From positions 310,001 through 374,000 of the forward strand of contig BAAIJX010000005.1 of NCBI GenBank assembly GCA_054600435.1: a stretch of DNA of 64,000 bases, given 5' to 3'. A program made the position numbers and the translations under genes. The DNA is from Neophaeotheca triangularis (Eukaryota). Shown piece by piece: positions 63,701 to 64,000 of the stretch (its first letter is position 1; each line of letters begins with the position of its first letter). The notes beneath the pieces are model-generated. The model was not told the origin of the DNA and did not search any database. It saw only the letters and a list, made by a program, of their open reading frames with translations.

Positions 63701-64000
63701 ACTCCCCTATTGCCAGGCTGCCACTGTTCGTGGTCATCGCGGCGAAAGTGCTGAACAAATCAGGACTTCCATTACCAAAGGCCAGAAAGGTCACTCCAGC
63801 CATAGACTCGCTCATGCCTAAGATCGCTGCTATCGTCGATAGGTTGATACAGAAAAAATCGCTTGCGGCGATGCCAATAGTGCTGAACAGCAAGCCCAGC
63901 CATGCTATCAGAATGCTAAAGCCCAGTGGTTTGGCATGTTCTAGGCGGCAATAGTAGAGATCGAGATAGGCGCTGAAACCGGGTTCGTCGGCCGGACAGT
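60780..64000 (-). CDS. Cation/Ca2+ exchanger (CCX/NCLX, Ecm27-like); 5' end lies outside the window
   Basis: Alpha-1 repeat AGVTFLAFGNGSPDLFST and alpha-2 repeat GLTIFAVGNSLGDLVAD...GGPMLN. The frame stays open to the window edge (CPADEPGFSAYLDLYYC). Confidence 0.92.
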   Translation of the reverse strand, partial: CPADEPGFSAYLDLYYCRLEHAKPLGFSILIAWLGLLFSTIGIAASDFFCINLSTIAAILGMSESMAGVTFLAFGNGSPDLFSTFAAMTTNSGSLAIGELIGAAGFITTVVAGSMALIRPFRVSRKAFVRDVGFFVVAAAFSMVFLSDGKLRLWECLVMVAYYCFYVAVVVAWHWWLGKKRRRREQELAARGQYAQPGDELETEDEGYHDDPEEAPRPALSRGASADDFSALERNAGTGQSTPYGHQSSDEDEEEEERDRWIADLNSNMRLSRPVAGNRRNTVTRVRPSLVGALEFQSVLSSLQKSRNLQTYPLHSRRFSDEPAFTTAQQQDQMSTHSDPAERPSYEQTQTSPSLPTTPTLSVPNSAPARIRAVSANDATGLRIDQDLVRRGQAARSASADPSTNREHRPQPSLLDVPAAESEGEGNRSTKGPTLSLLPPSPMLGPAPELLEPQRPSPSGRGHLAVPEPFPDFGSLDDQQVTPTSPAGMRLQPPSPGQQTPTSAVGVRLHPPSPGLQIPTTLDGTRLFPSSPNSQTPSSPVGMRLHPSPPGSPSEVPRSRTLPRIVIPRDRSRASSRSSGSGSPYLSAHPYQPSPLLERPPSLYLPAAMASPESLPTIQQRDEGGPRSSKPIRWWPYNVLPAPGDLMSTLFPTIYNFNEKTVWEKLLGIVAAPSVFLLTITLPVVEKDEDDGEEAEQEQVGTSYDSVPAKGAPLRPQRTQSTTDVKGPVESIHYQPGSHHHASLANLGPHRVGGSAGVAMNTEQTERHNYGSRAHSQRTKSANSSVPSITLDTDNLHEAASLLPAETLRRTNSAPGGIDNASPQPWNRWLTLIHLYTGPLFILLSIYSQLDPTDTKPSWLLIPSLICLLISTLLLIPFLLTTTPTHRPSYYRTILSLAGFLVSIAWISTIAAQVVGALKALAVVLNISHAIMGLTIFAVGNSLGDLVADITVARLGYPVMALSACFGGPMLNILLGVGLSGSYLLISGHAHRQHKHPHQEVGFKAYPIEVEKTLVVSGVTLLVTLVGCLVVVPLNRWVLSKKIGWCLIAVWVVSTIGNVALELSGVSGHSGD

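Overview
Gene-dense eukaryotic DNA from a filamentous ascomycete. Introns are short GT-AG with CTRAC-type branch points, and the gene content suggests a Dothideomycete (inference). About 24 protein-coding genes can be reconstructed across introns: partial PCH2, MAK11, EAF1, IDO, FATP-type and 4CL-type acyl-CoA ligases, M19 dipeptidase, a small secreted Cys-rich protein, GFA1, FAD monooxygenase, secreted asparaginase, DUF3500, a BTB protein, PRE1, UTP13, RSA4, YTM1, INSIG/NSG, ATG5, POL31, a subtilisin, a Mug190-like C2 protein and a partial cation/Ca2+ exchanger. There are also three probable decayed genes. The stand-out feature is a minus-strand tRNA-Val(AAC) gene (47230-47402) with two introns of different classes: a canonical 33-nt anticodon-loop intron, and a 66-nt spliceosomal-type intron (GTTCGT...ACTAAC...CAG) in the D-stem that splits the Pol III A-box. 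All calls come from reading the sequence and recognising motifs. No database searches or folding programs were run.
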